Source: a bacterium
GTDB lineage: Bacteria > Sysuimicrobiota > Sysuimicrobiia > Sysuimicrobiales > Segetimicrobiaceae
Reading direction: 5' to 3'
NCBI GenBank assembly: GCA_035945995.1
Contig: DASYZR010000112.1
Location: 3,230 to 67,229, forward strand
DNA: 64,000 nucleotides
The position numbers were made by a program, and so were the translations under genes. Below the pieces are notes generated by a model. The model searched no databases, was not told where the DNA came from, and saw only the letters and a list, made by a program, of their open reading frames with translations. Within the stretch, counting starts at the first letter, position 1, and every line of letters begins with the position of its first letter. Positions 62,334-64,000 of the stretch are shown here, one piece after another.

Positions 62334-63269
62334 TTAGGCGTCCGCCGCGTCCTCCAGGAACGTCGCGGACGGCACGAAGAAGAGCGTCCCGGTGACGGCC
62401 CGACTGAAATCCAACAACCGGTCGTAGTTCCCCGGCGGCCGCCCGACAAACATGTTCTCCAGCATCTGCTCGGTCCGGTGAGGCGACCGGGCATAGCCGA
62501 TGAAGTACGTGCCGAACTCACCCTTCGCCGCCTCGCCGAAGGGCATGTTGTCACGGAGGATTTCGAGCGGTTTTCCGTCTTCCGTGATCGTCGTCAATGC
62601 ATTGTGCGCCGACGTGGGTTTTGCGGCATCGTCGAGCTCGATGTCGGAGAGCTTCGTCCGGCCGACAATGCGCTCCTGCGCCTCCGTCGGCAGCGCGTTC
62701 CACCGGCGCAGATCGTGGAGATACTTTTGGACGATCACATAGCTGCCGCCGGCGAACGCGGCGTCTTCGTCGGCGATGATCGTGGCCTCGACCGCCGCCT
62801 GGTCGGTGGGGTTCTCCGTCCCGTCGACGAAACCGATGAGGTCCCGGTCGTCGAAGTAACGAAAGCCGTGCACTTCGTCCACGGGGGAGACCGCGTCGCC
62901 GAGCCGCGCCATGATCTGCATTGCCAGCTCGAAGCAGAGGTCCATCCGCTTGGCGCGGATATGGAAGAGGATGTCGCCCGGTGTGGCAACGGCGACGTGA
63001 GGCCGGCCGTGGATCTCGCGGAACGGATGGAGGTCTCTCGGCCGCGGCGGCCCGAACAGCCGGTCCCAGGCATCGGAGCCGAACCCCATCACGCATGATA
63101 GGTGGCCTTCCAGGTCGCGGAATCCAACCGCGCGCAGGAGCGCGGACAGGTCTCCGCACAGCGAGCGCACGGCTGCCCGGTTGTCGGCTCCCGGGTTCAC
63201 CGTCACAACCAGAAAGATGGCGGCGCGCGTCAACGGCGCGATCACGAGTTGCGGAACGCCGCGTGTCAT
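62334..63269 (-). CDS. Dye-decolorizing (DyP-type) peroxidase
   Basis: Start ATG 63269 (M67 of ORF 62334..63467). FVDGTENP motif (GXXDG-like FVDGTEN), distal Asp/Arg and proximal His region. About 312 aa. Confidence 0.85.
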   Translation of the reverse strand: MTRGVPQLVIAPLTRAAIFLVVTVNPGADNRAAVRSLCGDLSALLRAVGFRDLEGHLSCVMGFGSDAWDRLFGPPRPRDLHPFREIHGRPHVAVATPGDILFHIRAKRMDLCFELAMQIMARLGDAVSPVDEVHGFRYFDDRDLIGFVDGTENPTDQAAVEATIIADEDAAFAGGSYVIVQKYLHDLRRWNALPTEAQERIVGRTKLSDIELDDAAKPTSAHNALTTITEDGKPLEILRDNMPFGEAAKGEFGTYFIGYARSPHRTEQMLENMFVGRPPGNYDRLLDFSRAVTGTLFFVPSATFLEDAADA

Positions 63270-63518
63270 GCTTCTGCACCACCCGAAATCATGCGGGACG
63301 CGTCGGCTGAAGAGGACTTCCGTCTTCACGCCCACACTCCTCCAACCCAAGGTGTTCTCGCGGAGTCGCACCGTCATCGCCGGCGCGCACGGTCTCGCCG
63401 GGGGAATCGGGCCGGGACGCCACGAACGATCGCGTGGATGCGTTGGAGACCGGCGCTCAACCCGCAAGGGTCCGATCGCACGGCTCGGAATCTCACGGTG
63501 CGTTCAGGAGGTGCCACA

Positions 63519-63950
63519 GTGTCGGCGGACGCCAATACCGCGGTCGTCATGCGATGGATCGAGGAGGCCGTGAACAAAGGGAACCTCGCCGTGGCGGACG
63601 AGATCGTCGCCGCGGACTGCATTGAGCACGTGCCCGGACCTGGATTGGCGCCCGGCCGTGAAGGCGCGAAGCAGCGCGTGGCGGGGTTCCGTGCCGCGTT
63701 CCCGGATCTCCGCGTGACGGTCGAGGACACCGTCGCCGCGGGAGATCGAGTCGTCACCCGGTGGGCCGCGCGGGGAACGCACTCGGGACCGCTGATGGGC
63801 ATCCCGCCCACGAACAAACCGGCGGCGTGGGTCTCCATTCACATCAACCGCGTCGTCGACGGGCAGATCCAGGAAGACTGGCACGCCTCGGATCTGCTCG
63901 GCGTGCTGCGACAGCTGGGAATCTTCCCTCCGCCCGCCCCGACGCGGTGA
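63519..63950 (+). CDS. SnoaL-like polyketide-cyclase/ester-cyclase family protein
   Basis: GTG 63519 with AGGAGG 7 nt upstream (alternative ATG at 63549). MRWIEEAVNKGNLAVADEIVAADCIEH...WVSIHINRVVDGQIQEDWHASD typical SnoaL_2 pattern. Confidence 0.7.
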   Translation: MSADANTAVVMRWIEEAVNKGNLAVADEIVAADCIEHVPGPGLAPGREGAKQRVAGFRAAFPDLRVTVEDTVAAGDRVVTRWAARGTHSGPLMGIPPTNKPAAWVSIHINRVVDGQIQEDWHASDLLGVLRQLGIFPPPAPTR

Positions 63951-64000
63951 CGTCCCGCACGGTCGGCGGGCGAAGGGGACTCGCGGCGACCGGCGACTAT

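Overview
This 64-kb window is about 70% GC and almost entirely coding. The central third carries a housekeeping operon on the minus strand with a Firmicutes-like (Bacillota-like) gene order: smc, ftsY, ylxM, ffh, rpsP, KH/ylqC, ylqD, rimM, trmD, rplS, lepB, rnhB, yraN. This order suggests a high-GC, Firmicutes-like chromosome (inference). The flanks hold accessory metabolic clusters.

Accessory clusters:
- A MocR-regulated module with an orphan family-5 SBP, a TIM-barrel isomerase, two Gfo/Idh/MocA dehydrogenases and a DegT-family aminotransferase, reminiscent of inosose/inosamine (aminocyclitol) metabolism.
- A long minus-strand amino-acid/peptide catabolic operon (coordinates about 8.7-21.6 kb): Lrp regulator, D-2-hydroxyacid dehydrogenase, DapA-family lyase, class I/II aminotransferase, two ACC-deaminase/D-cysteine-desulfhydrase-family PLP enzymes flanking RidA and an M29-like protein, and dipeptide-type ABC SBP plus two permeases with no ATPase genes.
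- A second peptide ABC operon (M24 Xaa-Pro peptidase, SBP, two permeases, an HMGL-like synthase/lyase), divergently paired with a large STAND-ATPase/LuxR regulator.
- A lower-GC patch with rhodanese, a DUF1264-like secreted protein, a truncated ABM protein, an FAD-linked oxidase and DUF1059.
- A C5-dicarboxylate/acyl-CoA module (crotonase, two family III CoA-transferases, HMG-CoA-lyase-like).
- tRNA-Pro(CGG) with a recognisable promoter.
- Two tandemly duplicated secreted paralogs next to a third secreted hypothetical; a CGNR zinc-finger protein; a GGDEF cyclase; an atypical cold-shock-domain protein; AlkA-like glycosylase; Rieske ferredoxin; DyP peroxidase; a SnoaL-like protein.

No CRISPR array, rRNA, integrase or transposase was seen.

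Structure not explained by the genes:
- A perfect 42-bp x3.3 tandem repeat at the 5' end of a SAM-methyltransferase gene inserted between ylxM and ffh.
- A 78-bp in-frame tandem duplication inside mocR.
- A pair of about 50-nt direct repeats in the smc-ftsY spacer.
- A roughly 700-bp low-GC islet carrying a Met/Gln-rich small membrane protein.
- A translationally coupled pair of tiny ORFs downstream of yraN.

Start codons were checked against the ORF track where stated. Several genes appear to use GTG or TTG starts.
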